DNA of 64,000 nucleotides from a virus (IMGVR_UViG_3300018890_000001:135764-199763), one strand, 5' to 3'; counted from the stretch's first letter, positions 36,849 through 47,277 are shown. Made by a program: numbers and translations. The notes: a model not told the origin generated them from the letters alone.

Positions 36849-37031
36849 ATGCGAATAAAAGGTAAGCCCAATACGGTGTACGACGAACTCAAGGCGCGGA
36901 TTACAGTCTCGATTACGCCTACCGCAGTCAACGGTATCGATGCGATCGCCACTCAGTTAGGGGTAGCGCGCTCTGAGGTTATTGAGCAGATCGGTCGCGG
37001 GATTCTGCAAGTGGTTTTTCCCGGACAGTAG
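36849..37031 (+). CDS. Ribbon-helix-helix/CopG-like protein
   Basis: ITVSITP..IDAIA..GVARSEVIEQIGRG. Confidence 0.75.
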   Translation: MRIKGKPNTVYDELKARITVSITPTAVNGIDAIATQLGVARSEVIEQIGRGILQVVFPGQ

Positions 37032-37106
37032 CGTTTGCAGATTGCTGTCACAATAAAAAGGGGGCGATCGGATTAATGTCCGATCGCCCCCTTTTTATTT
37101 TTATTA

Positions 37107-37436
37107 CTACTCTCCTGGTATCCAGGGAATTCCAAATACTTGAGCCGTATAACAAGCTCTAGCTACTTCTGGATACCCAGAATCTTGAAAAAGCTGTGCT
37201 ATTTTGTGTATATAAGGTCGATTACCAGGAGAACCGACTATCGTTAGTTTTAACACAGCATACACTTGGTTCGTTATCTCAACTTGTTTCTCGCCTAGTA
37301 GCGACTTGAATTTTTCGATTAAATCTAAATCTTGGTTGTTTAGCGTAAAGAATGATATGAGCCACCTTAGATAGCTACGTAATATAGTATACCATATAAC
37401 GACAGCAGTGTTATTGTTATTACAAATGTTAAGCAC
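37107..37436 (-). CDS. Hypothetical protein (start uncertain)
   Basis: ORF converges on a terminator. Confidence 0.4.
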   Translation of the reverse strand: MLNICNNNNTAVVIWYTILRSYLRWLISFFTLNNQDLDLIEKFKSLLGEKQVEITNQVYAVLKLTIVGSPGNRPYIHKIAQLFQDSGYPEVARACYTAQVFGIPWIPGE

Positions 37437-37457
37437 TACAATTATCGGTGACTATCT

Positions 37458-38138
37458 ATGTATTACGCACCATGCCCATCATACACGCTCACGCACAACA
37501 GTGAATTGTTTAATTTGTTGCTTCGTTTAGACGCATTGTTGCTCGATCGCCCAACCAACCGCATCAAGTTACAACCAGCATCCGCGTATTCAGAAATTGC
37601 GCGTCAGGAACTCCAAACCTGGATGCAATACCGCAATCGGTACGTCTTACCAACAGTTGAACTTGTGGACTGGTTGAAAACGAAGCTTGACGGGCGTCGG
37701 GCGATCGAGATTGGCGCAGACCACAGCGATTTAGCTTATCATCTGGGGATTCGGGCGATCGGTAGCCATGCTATGTCGTACACAAGCGGACACGCAGTAC
37801 CTTTGTTTCCCGGTCAAATACCGACGCTCGTTGTATCTTCTGACGTACATCAGATAGATGTTATGCAAGCGATCGTTGAACTCCGACCAGAAGTGGCGAT
37901 CGGTGCTTGGATTCCAAATAAGTTTGCCGATAAATTTGGAGGTAGACCTAAGTACGCACCTAACGAAGATCAAATTATTCAGAATGTCGAGTACATACAT
38001 ATTGGTTGCGAAAGTATTCACGGGCGATCGGCGCTTCTAGGATTTCCGCATGAAATCTTTAAACCTATAGGCATAATGTCACGGACAAACGCAAATCCGC
38101 CAGATGACGTTATTCATGTTTGGAAAAAATTACAATAA
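37458..38138 (+). CDS. SAM-methyltransferase-fold-like phage protein
   Basis: PTVELVDWL..AIEIGAD resembles motif I, but the glycine loop is degenerate. Confidence 0.45.
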   Translation: MYYAPCPSYTLTHNSELFNLLLRLDALLLDRPTNRIKLQPASAYSEIARQELQTWMQYRNRYVLPTVELVDWLKTKLDGRRAIEIGADHSDLAYHLGIRAIGSHAMSYTSGHAVPLFPGQIPTLVVSSDVHQIDVMQAIVELRPEVAIGAWIPNKFADKFGGRPKYAPNEDQIIQNVEYIHIGCESIHGRSALLGFPHEIFKPIGIMSRTNANPPDDVIHVWKKLQ

Positions 38139-38178
38139 AAAAGACCCATCGATCAACTTGATCGATGGGTCTTTTTAT

Positions 38179-38255
38179 GCCCTCTAGTTAAATAAGTGGT
38201 CTTTAAACCAAAATATTTAACCCTCGTTACTCCGTTTGTTTTACGAGTTGCGGAC
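38179..38255 (-). ncRNA. Putative 77-nt structured RNA, copy 2
   Basis: Matches copy 1; lies between the stop codon of 38284-38817 and a terminator. Confidence 0.65.
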
Positions 38256-38283
38256 TGTTGTGTTTCGTTCAGGATGATATGGT

Positions 38284-38817
38284 TTACAAACCACCCAAAC
38301 GTTGTATAAATCCAATAGCGAATGCTACAGCGAAATATATTGTGTATGTGAACATTACATACAAAAAGTAGTAACTGTGTCTTTGATTACGTGTTAAGCT
38401 TGCGTAAGCTTGTACGAGTTTATCGAAGATGCAGCAAAGTATTTCAAATATTGCTTTGAACAATACGAGATACTCGAAGGTGGTGACACCACTCTCAGGT
38501 AACGTCATAAACCCGATCGCTATAAAATTCACAATCACTGCTACTTCTAGCAGCCACCGTGGAACGGTGCGCAGCGCGAATATTACGGCATAGAGCATAA
38601 CAAAACTGATGTATACTAGATTGACTCCTACCGCGTAAGCGGAAGCGCTAATCAAAGCTAGACTTACCAGTTTGTTAGGTACACTCCCTGGCAGGATAGC
38701 TTGTTTTTTAATATTAAGTACAGCAGTTTCGATTGCGGTTACTACCTTCGTAGCACCTGTAATCAGTGTCGAAGTGATAGAAACGGCGATAGATGCTGTG
38801 CTATTAATTAAGTTCAT
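38284..38817 (-). CDS. Multi-pass membrane protein
   Basis: ATG 38817; 4-5 hydrophobic segments; TTGACT..TATATT promoter. Confidence 0.7.
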   Translation of the reverse strand: MNLINSTASIAVSITSTLITGATKVVTAIETAVLNIKKQAILPGSVPNKLVSLALISASAYAVGVNLVYISFVMLYAVIFALRTVPRWLLEVAVIVNFIAIGFMTLPESGVTTFEYLVLFKAIFEILCCIFDKLVQAYASLTRNQRHSYYFLYVMFTYTIYFAVAFAIGFIQRLGGL

Positions 38818-38989
38818 TTGTTTGTTAAACACCTTGGTTGTTATTTGAATTTTGGGTGTTTTTCTCCTTACATATAATATACCAGTATTTATACTTAAAG
38901 TCAAGTAAATATAGGTGTACAAAGGATTTAAAGTATAAATAGACAATAAAAAACGAGGTGTTTGAACAAACACCTCGTTTTTTTTAGAT

Positions 38990-39442
38990 TTAAGCTTGTG
39001 CTTCAAACCATTGTTTCATCACTGTGATAAATTGAGGTCGCAACTTACGGTACTCTAGTTGTATTTCAGCTAGTGCTTTTGCAGTTGCTAAATCTAGATT
39101 ATCTTCTTGCTTGTCTTTCAACAACCAACGCGATTGCTCGATCACCCGCTCGACTGTATAAATGACTCGAATCGCTTCAACGTTGTCAATCGTTGTGACG
39201 GCAGTACGAAACAAATCTTGTAGCACAGACATTGTTATTTGTGCGTAATCACTGAAATACCAGTGCCCAAACCCTTCCGCATCAAACATATAGTCTAGTG
39301 TGTCAATGGCTACCGCATATTGCTGTGTTTGTGATAGCTGATCATAAATTTCAGTCAGCGTACAGAGATAATTGGTGCATTTACGCACATGATTCATTTG
39401 TTGGTACGCATTTGCTTTGCATTCAATGTATTTTAGGTGCAT
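38990..39442 (-). CDS. Hypothetical protein (DUF4375/DMP19-like motif possible)
   Basis: LDYMFDAEGFGHWYFSDY resembles the V.NGGF.QYF.N motif (weak). Confidence 0.55.
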   Translation of the reverse strand: MHLKYIECKANAYQQMNHVRKCTNYLCTLTEIYDQLSQTQQYAVAIDTLDYMFDAEGFGHWYFSDYAQITMSVLQDLFRTAVTTIDNVEAIRVIYTVERVIEQSRWLLKDKQEDNLDLATAKALAEIQLEYRKLRPQFITVMKQWFEAQA

Positions 39443-39555
39443 TTGAATCCGAAATTGACTACACGCCTATTTTACTAACAATTTTGTTGAAAAGCAACCA
39501 TAGTTATATCTAAAACAGAACCCTTAGAATTTACAAATTCTAAGGGTTCTGTTTT

Positions 39556-39990
39556 TCATTCGATTATTATTCCAAGCTCTATCACAAATGCTAAGATCGA
39601 TCGACGCACGTCAGAACTTAATCCGTATTTGTCGTAATATGCAAATTTTCGCTGATCTACTAATCTAGTCGCGATGCGGTACAATGGGTCGTCACCATAC
39701 ATTTGCACCAAATTAGCTTGTTGCCAACAGTAATCAAGCGTTGTGTCAGATTGTGGCAAAGCCTTTAATTTTTGAAGGGCTTTTAATTTGTGTTTTGCCC
39801 AACATCTTTCGTTTTCTTCAAACACGAGCATTTTGTTCCGCACAAGTAACGGCAATAAGCTGTAAGCCTCATCAACAATACTCCAGTTAGCTGAAAAAAG
39901 TGAGGTTTCGTATGTTGACCCAAATGGAAGGTGAAGAAGTTTGAAGATTTTTGTGTTGGTTGCATTGTTTCGACAAGCTATAATTTTCAT
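39556..39990 (-). CDS. Hypothetical protein
   Basis: 144-aa ORF. Confidence 0.6.
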   Translation of the reverse strand: MKIIACRNNATNTKIFKLLHLPFGSTYETSLFSANWSIVDEAYSLLPLLVRNKMLVFEENERCWAKHKLKALQKLKALPQSDTTLDYCWQQANLVQMYGDDPLYRIATRLVDQRKFAYYDKYGLSSDVRRSILAFVIELGIIIE

Positions 39991-40066
39991 ATTTCGCGAT
40001 GTATGATACGACTTGTTGTATCATAACATACGTGTTAAATTATATTATTGCACTTTATGTATACAT

Positions 40067-41149
40067 ATGAATTCACAAATAACGCTATATAACGATCGAT
40101 CGCCAGCAACGATTCCGACTCGATCGCCAGCTTCAATCAAATTCAAAGCGAAACCGATCGAGTATCGCGAAGGGTTTTTAAATGGTGGGATTGTCAAACG
40201 CCGACAATGTGAACGTTACGGTATAGTTCGGTTTCGATCGGACAAGATACTCGTGTCTTGGGATGATGGTGAGAAAACAACACATCCGTCGCTAGAAGTT
40301 GCAAAAAACTGGGATTTAATAGAATCGGTTCCTTGGTTTATACCAGGACAGACGGTTGTTATACTTCCGTTAGCTGATGGATCGATCGCACCCGAATGCG
40401 AATACCGAGTCATATCGGTAAACGATGACTGGGTTGAAGTCCGGCAATTGATGGGCGATCGGATCGAGAAGTATCCGATTGGTGCGTTACCTGGATTTCC
40501 TTTTCGGAACGATGTGGTCATCAAAGAACGACCACTTCTGCCAATTCCTCCGCGGCATCAACTGATGTTTGCTGCTGGAAAGTATATTTGGGGCAAACCG
40601 CTCGTAGAATTGATTGGTAAAAAAAATGAGCTGTATCTGATTTTTAGACAGGAGCAGTCTCACTGGAGTGAGTCTGAAGAGGATTTTGTTTGGGCGTGGG
40701 AAAAAGAGTGGGATCAGTTTGTGAACCGACAAGCTCACGACTTCGGTCACAGAGGCAAAAAAATCGGCACAAGCCTTTATATACAGGCGTCGATTGAACG
40801 ACTTGCTGACTTTGATACCAAGAGCTTCGAGTTTATCACTGATCGCGATCGACGCATTCCGCTATTACAGCTTTATTTGTATCCGGAGCTGGCGATCGAC
40901 ATAGTTGCCCCTAATTTTTACATCTTGAGTGCGGGTGATTTCATGGAAGCGCGCATTGGGTTTAACAACAAACAGAAAGCCAAAAAACATGAAATCTTGA
41001 TTAAGCGCGTCTCTGGTTGTAAAGAGCCAAAATTAGTTACAGGTGCTTACACAAACTGCAATTATGAATGGGTTGTTGTAAATCCATTCAAAAAGGTGGC
41101 GACGTTTCTGACGCATCTAACACAATTAGCAAAAACCCTTCCCAGATAA
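40067..41149 (+). CDS. Hypothetical protein
   Basis: ~360-aa ORF with SH3-like N-terminal segments. Confidence 0.7.
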   Translation: MNSQITLYNDRSPATIPTRSPASIKFKAKPIEYREGFLNGGIVKRRQCERYGIVRFRSDKILVSWDDGEKTTHPSLEVAKNWDLIESVPWFIPGQTVVILPLADGSIAPECEYRVISVNDDWVEVRQLMGDRIEKYPIGALPGFPFRNDVVIKERPLLPIPPRHQLMFAAGKYIWGKPLVELIGKKNELYLIFRQEQSHWSESEEDFVWAWEKEWDQFVNRQAHDFGHRGKKIGTSLYIQASIERLADFDTKSFEFITDRDRRIPLLQLYLYPELAIDIVAPNFYILSAGDFMEARIGFNNKQKAKKHEILIKRVSGCKEPKLVTGAYTNCNYEWVVVNPFKKVATFLTHLTQLAKTLPR

Positions 41150-41243
41150 ACAAAACCCGTAGTGTGATTGTATACTACGGGTTTTGTTTGTTTAGTGCAA
41201 CGTTACGTGTTACACTCTTTGTGTAGTGGTTGACGCAAATATC

Positions 41244-42407
41244 ATGAAATTTACAATCAATCAATCAGTATTGAGTGAAGTATTGGTTCAAGTAAGCAAA
41301 GCCGTTCCCGTCAAAGCAACACATCCCGTGCTGACCTGCTTTCGGATTGAAGCCGAAGCTAGTCAAGGTGCGTTAGCTGTAACGGGATTTGATTTGGCTA
41401 TGGGCGTAAAAACCGAGCTTAGTGCAAACGTTATTCGCGGTGGAACTGCGGCAATTCCGGCAAAACTACTGTTGGACATCGTTTCTCGCTTGCCACAGGG
41501 TGAGTTAACACTTGAAACCGACAGCGAGTTCCTTAGCGTGCTAACCAGTTCGTCTGGTAGCTATGAAGTGCGCGGGATGAATCCTAAAGAGTATCCTGAT
41601 CTTCCTGAAATTTCTGCGACTCAACAAATAAAGTTTGATCCACAAACGCTTGTTGACGGGATTAAAAATACGTTATTTGCCGTATCGCCTGACGAGGCGA
41701 AGCAAGTGCTCCACGGAGTGCATTTCAAGATTCAAGGTAAGATTTTAGATCTTGCAGCGACTGACGGACACAGGTTGAGCGTGGTTTCGATCGCCTCCGA
41801 AGATTTAACTGAAGATAGCGTATTTTCAGCGACAATACCGCTGCGCGTGATGCGGGAATTGGAAAAGCTACTTCAGCGACGCACCGAGCCAGTAGCAATC
41901 CACTTTTCAAGCGAACAGGTATTTGTTGAAATCAAAAACGAAGATCGCAAGACGCGGTTAACGGGTCGTACATTGTCAGGTGAATACCCCAGATACCGAG
42001 AGCTGATTCCCCCAGTGTTTAAGTTAAAGCTTATAGTCGATCGCAAATCTTTATTGGGCAGTATCGAACGCATCAGTGTTTTTGCTGCGGACAAAAAAGA
42101 TTTTGCCTGTGTATTTGCAGTGTCCGAGGCAGATCAGCGTATCGCCCTCTCTACCGAAACTCAAGAAATTGGGCACGGACGTGAGGCAATCGACGTACAA
42201 GTCGTCGGTACTGACACGACTTTTGCCTTTAATATCCGATATCTACTTGATATTTTGCGGACGGCGCAATCTAACGAGATAGTGTTACACGCCAACAATC
42301 CGCTTTCTCCTGTAGTATTCAGACCAGTGGGGGCGGATGGTACTATTTTCTTGATGATGCCAAAACAATTAAGCGGCGGAAATAACGAATCCACTAAAGC
42401 AAACTAA
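41244..42407 (+). CDS. dnaN: DNA polymerase III beta sliding clamp
   Basis: MKFTI, THPVL, GFDL, YPDLP, ATDGHRL, GEYPRY, FNIRYLLDIL and LMMP; cyanobacterial-type DnaN. Confidence 0.95.
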   Translation: MKFTINQSVLSEVLVQVSKAVPVKATHPVLTCFRIEAEASQGALAVTGFDLAMGVKTELSANVIRGGTAAIPAKLLLDIVSRLPQGELTLETDSEFLSVLTSSSGSYEVRGMNPKEYPDLPEISATQQIKFDPQTLVDGIKNTLFAVSPDEAKQVLHGVHFKIQGKILDLAATDGHRLSVVSIASEDLTEDSVFSATIPLRVMRELEKLLQRRTEPVAIHFSSEQVFVEIKNEDRKTRLTGRTLSGEYPRYRELIPPVFKLKLIVDRKSLLGSIERISVFAADKKDFACVFAVSEADQRIALSTETQEIGHGREAIDVQVVGTDTTFAFNIRYLLDILRTAQSNEIVLHANNPLSPVVFRPVGADGTIFLMMPKQLSGGNNESTKAN

Positions 42408-42434
42408 ATCGATCGCCCGCTAAAACAAAAACCG

Positions 42435-43118
42435 CTAGGACCCCACCTGGTGGTTTTTTATTGTACCTAAGTCACGCTGCGTTTTTAATCCGGCAAATTC
42501 ATCTTCTATCCAAGGCAGGGTATTCTTGAAAATTTGAACAAGTTGATCGCCCATTGCAAATCGATCTCGATTCCGTTTTAAGCTTTGTTGGATATCACCG
42601 TCAGCGTGGCGTTTTGTTGCAGCAACCCAGTCGATCAGCATTTCCACCACATCGAACAAATTCATTTCGTTAATCGAGCTGGTGTATTCTAACTGCTGCC
42701 GTTTCAGATAGTCTATCAGCCTGTGACAGCCAGTTATCGTTTTTTCGTCCAAGTCTGGCGATCGCATAAGTCGCGCGATTGTTGCGATGCTGTCGTTGAT
42801 TTCTTCTTTTTCTTGGCGTTGCGTTTCAAAAAATTCGGGATGGTGGCGGTTGTGGTGGTAGTGATGTCCTAGCGCTTGTGAGAGCATCTCTTTTCTACAA
42901 GCTTCATACGCAGGCGAACCGTAAGTCAAGTCTTTTAACTTGTGGGTGACTTCTGCAAACATTTCGACTTCAGGTGATACCAGTTTCGAGCGATCGTGGG
43001 TCGCTGCGCGTCGCATCAGCTCGATCGTCGCGCTCATCAGATACCTAGAAACCAAGTCTATATGCTTTGTGGTGTCGATATAGGCTTCAAAAGCTCTGTC
43101 AGGTTCGTTAGCTGCCAT
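42435..43118 (-). CDS. DUF5662-like HD-domain protein
   Basis: THDRSKL, HHYHHNRHHPEF and EMLIDWVAA. Confidence 0.75.
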   Translation of the reverse strand: MAANEPDRAFEAYIDTTKHIDLVSRYLMSATIELMRRAATHDRSKLVSPEVEMFAEVTHKLKDLTYGSPAYEACRKEMLSQALGHHYHHNRHHPEFFETQRQEKEEINDSIATIARLMRSPDLDEKTITGCHRLIDYLKRQQLEYTSSINEMNLFDVVEMLIDWVAATKRHADGDIQQSLKRNRDRFAMGDQLVQIFKNTLPWIEDEFAGLKTQRDLGTIKNHQVGS

Positions 43119-43185
43119 AATTAAAAAACTGGTATTTACAAAAAGCGAAACACTGTTTATTATAGGCGTAACAACTAATAACTTT

Positions 43186-43416
43186 ATGGGTCTACAAGAA
43201 CTGTCAAATCGCGCGTCTGCTTTCGCAGTCTCCCAATGGGGAGTCTCCTTGCCTAGAGAGAGTATCCGCCGTTTACCGTACAAACCACCATTAACTAAGT
43301 TTTTAGAAGATAATGGCGCTAAAGATCCCTTGGATATTCAAGGCTTCTTGTGGTTAAATAAAACTACGGCGTTTACACTAGAAACAGGAACCCTAGTTAA
43401 AATCATTACAGATTAA
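43186..43416 (+). CDS. Small hypothetical protein upstream of the head operon
   Basis: 76-aa ORF, divergent from the DUF5662-like gene. Confidence 0.5.
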   Translation: MGLQELSNRASAFAVSQWGVSLPRESIRRLPYKPPLTKFLEDNGAKDPLDIQGFLWLNKTTAFTLETGTLVKIITD

Positions 43417-43504
43417 ACAGCTTAAATAATAACAATTACCGTCCAAGACCAACCCTAGCCAAGAGGTCGAGCCAAAAGCTCGGCCTCTTTTTTTGTGGAT
43501 TTTT

Positions 43505-45247
43505 ATGGATACTTCAATCGAAGCAGTAGGCGCAGTCCTCTCTCAGAAAAATACATCGACCGTTAAAAATGCGTGGCAAGCGCTCACTGAGCTGTTGCTA
43601 GCATCTGGGAATTTGTCTTTTTCAGACATCCCCAAAGAACTAATTAGCGCTCAAAGCGTTTACGACGCTCAGAAAAAAGACATCAGTGCGGCCGGAACGC
43701 TTTCTGAAATGGTGACGGTACAAACCTGGCACCAAAGCTTACGCACGGTCATGGAATATTTTCAGTCCATGTTCTACGACGTTGTGTGCAGTGAGAACCC
43801 GGAAAAAGACGCTCGAATCACAGAGTTGACTTCTGATTTTTTGGCAATTGTTCGTGATTTAGCGAAAAATCCGCCAAGGATGACTCAAGGCGGGCAAAAA
43901 ATTTATGCGGGCGATCGCCAAAAGGAAGCTACCAGTTCCGAAGTTCCGGCAGTTGAACAACCAACACCGGACAACTCCGAACTAGCGTCAGCGCCTGAAG
44001 TTGAACCCGCACCAGAAGCACCGCCAAAACCTGAAAGTGAAGTAGTCAGCGATTTGGAGCGCTTGCTTCAAGCGTCCTTAGCTTTAGAAGAACCAACCGC
44101 AGTGCAGGCGGCCAGTCAAGATTTGTCATTTTCAGCACTTGAAGAAGACAATCCTTTGGTACTCCAAATCGAAGCAAAAGCACGTATTGAGCTTTCTGCT
44201 ACGAACGAGAGATCTGTCGAAGGAATCCTCTTCAAAATCGATCACCCAAGCGAAGCAATTCCAAGCGTCGGACCTGGACTACCCTTATATATTCCTCGTA
44301 GCGTAGCATCTGAGGCTTTAGCTTGCTTGGACTTTAGTAGACCGAAACCGATTGACGCACACGACTCACTCTCGAAACACGCTTCGACTGAAATTGTTGG
44401 AGCAATGACGAGCGCGCGAATCGACGGTGACGACTTCTGGGTAACAGGCGTTCTGTGGGATTACAACCAACCACACAAAGTTGAAGCAATTTCTGCGTCC
44501 CAAGACCACTTGGGTATGAGCGTGAACGCGACAGCGGAGGGTCATCCCGCAGAGGTGCACGGGCGATCGGTGTGGCAGATCGATCGCCTGCGGATTTTGG
44601 GAGCTAATATCCTTTTCTCCGAAAAGGCAACTTTCAAAAAGACCCGAACCAATGTATTAGCCAGTTCCGCGTCCGGAGATTTAATTCCGGTACTGGCATC
44701 TGCCGACGATTTTGAACTAGAAAACAACACTCCTGACATTTCCGAAACTGAAATTACTGAAACTATGGACACCTCTAATATTTCCACTCAAATCCGTGAA
44801 CTCAGTGAAGGCGTCGCGGCAATGCACGCTGAAGTCAAAAACCGATTGAACGCGCTTGAGCCGACCGTGAAAGAGCTGACCTCGCAGATGGGCGAGATTC
44901 AGGCTGCCGCACGAGAAGCCAAGAATCAAGAAGTGCAAGCGGCTGCAATGCAAGCTGAGCAAGAAAAGCAAGCGCAACTACTCCAGTCTATGACTCAAGT
45001 ATTTGAAGAAAAATTGGCATCCCTCGCTCCTAGAACAGGTCCGAAGTATCCCAGCCGTGTTCTGCCTTTAGCTGCGTCCGGAGCGGCACCCGCGTCAGGA
45101 GCTACCGCCGTTCAACTAGAGCTTGCGTCGCTCAATGGTCAAATCATGGCAATGGAGCAAAACCCCTACTCAGACTCAGCCAAAATATTTGAGCTAATGG
45201 ATCGCAAGAAAACCCTGGAAGGTCAAATCGGTCAAGCCCGCGAATAA
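43505..45247 (+). CDS. Prohead protease-scaffold fusion
   Basis: Central protease-like block (H..IVG..VTGVLWD..LGMSVNA) and C-terminal coiled coil; directly upstream of the capsid gene. Confidence 0.7.
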   Translation: MDTSIEAVGAVLSQKNTSTVKNAWQALTELLLASGNLSFSDIPKELISAQSVYDAQKKDISAAGTLSEMVTVQTWHQSLRTVMEYFQSMFYDVVCSENPEKDARITELTSDFLAIVRDLAKNPPRMTQGGQKIYAGDRQKEATSSEVPAVEQPTPDNSELASAPEVEPAPEAPPKPESEVVSDLERLLQASLALEEPTAVQAASQDLSFSALEEDNPLVLQIEAKARIELSATNERSVEGILFKIDHPSEAIPSVGPGLPLYIPRSVASEALACLDFSRPKPIDAHDSLSKHASTEIVGAMTSARIDGDDFWVTGVLWDYNQPHKVEAISASQDHLGMSVNATAEGHPAEVHGRSVWQIDRLRILGANILFSEKATFKKTRTNVLASSASGDLIPVLASADDFELENNTPDISETEITETMDTSNISTQIRELSEGVAAMHAEVKNRLNALEPTVKELTSQMGEIQAAAREAKNQEVQAAAMQAEQEKQAQLLQSMTQVFEEKLASLAPRTGPKYPSRVLPLAASGAAPASGATAVQLELASLNGQIMAMEQNPYSDSAKIFELMDRKKTLEGQIGQARE

Positions 45248-45283
45248 TTGCTTCTGCTCCCATTAGTAAATACAGAAAAGTCA

Positions 45284-46366
45284 ATGTCAACAGCCCCTCC
45301 AAATACTACTGTTTTCGGATTTCAGTCCGAACAAATTCAAGCAGAAGCGGTCGCCTACGACGGTTTTTACGTTCGCCAGGATTTCGATCCCGTTATCGGC
45401 AAATATCTCCGAAGCGCGGATGACATCATGCTGTGGCCGTTGCTCCGCAAACTACCAGCAGAATCCGACATAATCCGAGAAATGGTCGAGAATGACGATC
45501 CGGCTGTCGGGTTTATGCAGAAAAACACGTTGGTCGCGGTCGAAAACCCGACAACATATAACGCGCTTAAACCACTCGACGGTGGGCAGCAAATTAAAAG
45601 TTTGGGTGGTGTAATCAATATTGGTTACTATTCTCAATCACTTTGGGAACAGCAAGGTCGCCCTTTCGGTCCCCAGCTAGCGATGAAGACGGAAAAAGGC
45701 ATGAGCGCAACACTGAAGGCGCTGGAAAGATGCTTGTTTCGGGGGAACGCGACAACAAACCCCTTAGAATTCAACGGTCTCGAATCTTTGATCGCCCAAG
45801 CACATTCGTTTACTATCGATATCGCTGACGGCAAAAAAATCGCGTCTCTACTGCGGGCGGTTGTTCGTTTGGCAATTACCGACGAACAGATTTTGCGTGG
45901 GGTGACGCACATCTTTACTTCTGCGCTGGGTATCGAACTAATCGAAGAACAGACTGATTCGCAAATGCAATATATGAACTTGGAGCGCGTTACTCCGGGA
46001 TTGCGAGTGCCGTCGATCATCACTCAACGCGGTCAAACACCGTTATTGAGTTCACCTTTTATTCGAGACACTCCGGCAAATCCCGCAGAAGGTCGTGATT
46101 ACGACCTCGTTCACTACTGGTTGTTAGATCTGAATCAGTTGTCGTGGAGGGGTGTAATTCCGAAGGGTGGTACAGCCGATAACTTCAACCCTCAGATTTT
46201 TGATGTATCGAAGTACGCATATCACGCCGGACTAGAGCATTACATGGTTGACAAGCGGTTTATCTTGCAGTTCGGTACGTTATTCGCAGGAAATGGCGGC
46301 GAATCGATCTGGAAGCTTTCGCTTAAGGTTCCTGCCGGTACGATTGGCTCTATCGGAACTCTGTAA
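45284..46366 (+). CDS. Major capsid protein
   Basis: LERCLFRGNATTNPLEFNGLESLI, an HK97-fold motif; follows the scaffold gene. Confidence 0.8.
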   Translation: MSTAPPNTTVFGFQSEQIQAEAVAYDGFYVRQDFDPVIGKYLRSADDIMLWPLLRKLPAESDIIREMVENDDPAVGFMQKNTLVAVENPTTYNALKPLDGGQQIKSLGGVINIGYYSQSLWEQQGRPFGPQLAMKTEKGMSATLKALERCLFRGNATTNPLEFNGLESLIAQAHSFTIDIADGKKIASLLRAVVRLAITDEQILRGVTHIFTSALGIELIEEQTDSQMQYMNLERVTPGLRVPSIITQRGQTPLLSSPFIRDTPANPAEGRDYDLVHYWLLDLNQLSWRGVIPKGGTADNFNPQIFDVSKYAYHAGLEHYMVDKRFILQFGTLFAGNGGESIWKLSLKVPAGTIGSIGTL

Positions 46367-46367
46367 T

Positions 46368-46640
46368 ATGATCGTTCAACCTACAGATAAATGGATCAAC
46401 TCGATCGCCGTTCCGAACTGTGGAATTATTCGCAAACCGTTTAATTCCGACGTTGCCGATGTTTCAGATGCTGTCGGCAACTGGTTGATCGAAGCTGGTT
46501 TTGCGGTAGCGAAAAAAGAAACTGTGGCGATCGAACTGCCACACCTACAGATTGCGGAACCTTTGACACTACCCGAAAAACCAATCGAGTCTTTCAAATC
46601 AAAGAAAGCTTCCAAGTTATTCGTAAATCCCGAAAGCTAA
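46368..46640 (+). CDS. Small head-associated protein
   Basis: Starts 1 nt after the capsid stop codon; VSDAVGNWLIEAGFA. Confidence 0.6.
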   Translation: MIVQPTDKWINSIAVPNCGIIRKPFNSDVADVSDAVGNWLIEAGFAVAKKETVAIELPHLQIAEPLTLPEKPIESFKSKKASKLFVNPES

Positions 46641-46710
46641 TTGAACGGGGCTTTATTGCCCCATTTGACACGCCATTCCGATCGCCCACCCTCGCAGAAG
46701 AATTTGTGAA

Positions 46711-47277
46711 ATGGTTAATCCTTTACCAGTAGGTCTTGCTTTAAGCAAGATGGCGGATGAAATGAAGAATCACGCACCGATATCGGTCGTGAGTTCGTTT
46801 ATCAGACCCGCAAACACGACAGCTTACGCTATTGGTGATTTCGTCTATCCGGCAGTTCCTGCCGGTCCGCTGGTTCAAGTAAAAGCGCTGAAATTTGAAA
46901 ACGCACTACCTTTCGGTAGTTCCGGTTTTATCGTAGAAGCGCAATTGAAGATGCTCTCGACTCAAGGAACAAAGCTCAATGCAGACCTGTATTTGTTTAC
47001 AGCCCCCTTGGCGACCACACCCGTCGATAACGAACCGTTCGCGATCGGCGCGACTGACATGACAAACCATGTCAACACAATCTCGTTCCCGGATACAGCG
47101 GGGGAATCTTTAGGTGGTTTTACACGGTACGCGGTCGCACCGAGCAAAGTCGTGAGCGCAGCCAGCGGCTCCACGAGTTTGTACGGTATTTTGATTGCTA
47201 GAAATGCTTACGTGCCGATCGCCAGCGAAAGAATCGTCATCCAATTGGGCATCGTTCCCCGCATCGCCATTCCTTAA
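46711..47277 (+). CDS. Putative virion (decoration-type) protein
   Basis: RPANTTAYAIGD motif, beta-rich, head operon. Confidence 0.55.
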   Translation: MVNPLPVGLALSKMADEMKNHAPISVVSSFIRPANTTAYAIGDFVYPAVPAGPLVQVKALKFENALPFGSSGFIVEAQLKMLSTQGTKLNADLYLFTAPLATTPVDNEPFAIGATDMTNHVNTISFPDTAGESLGGFTRYAVAPSKVVSAASGSTSLYGILIARNAYVPIASERIVIQLGIVPRIAIP

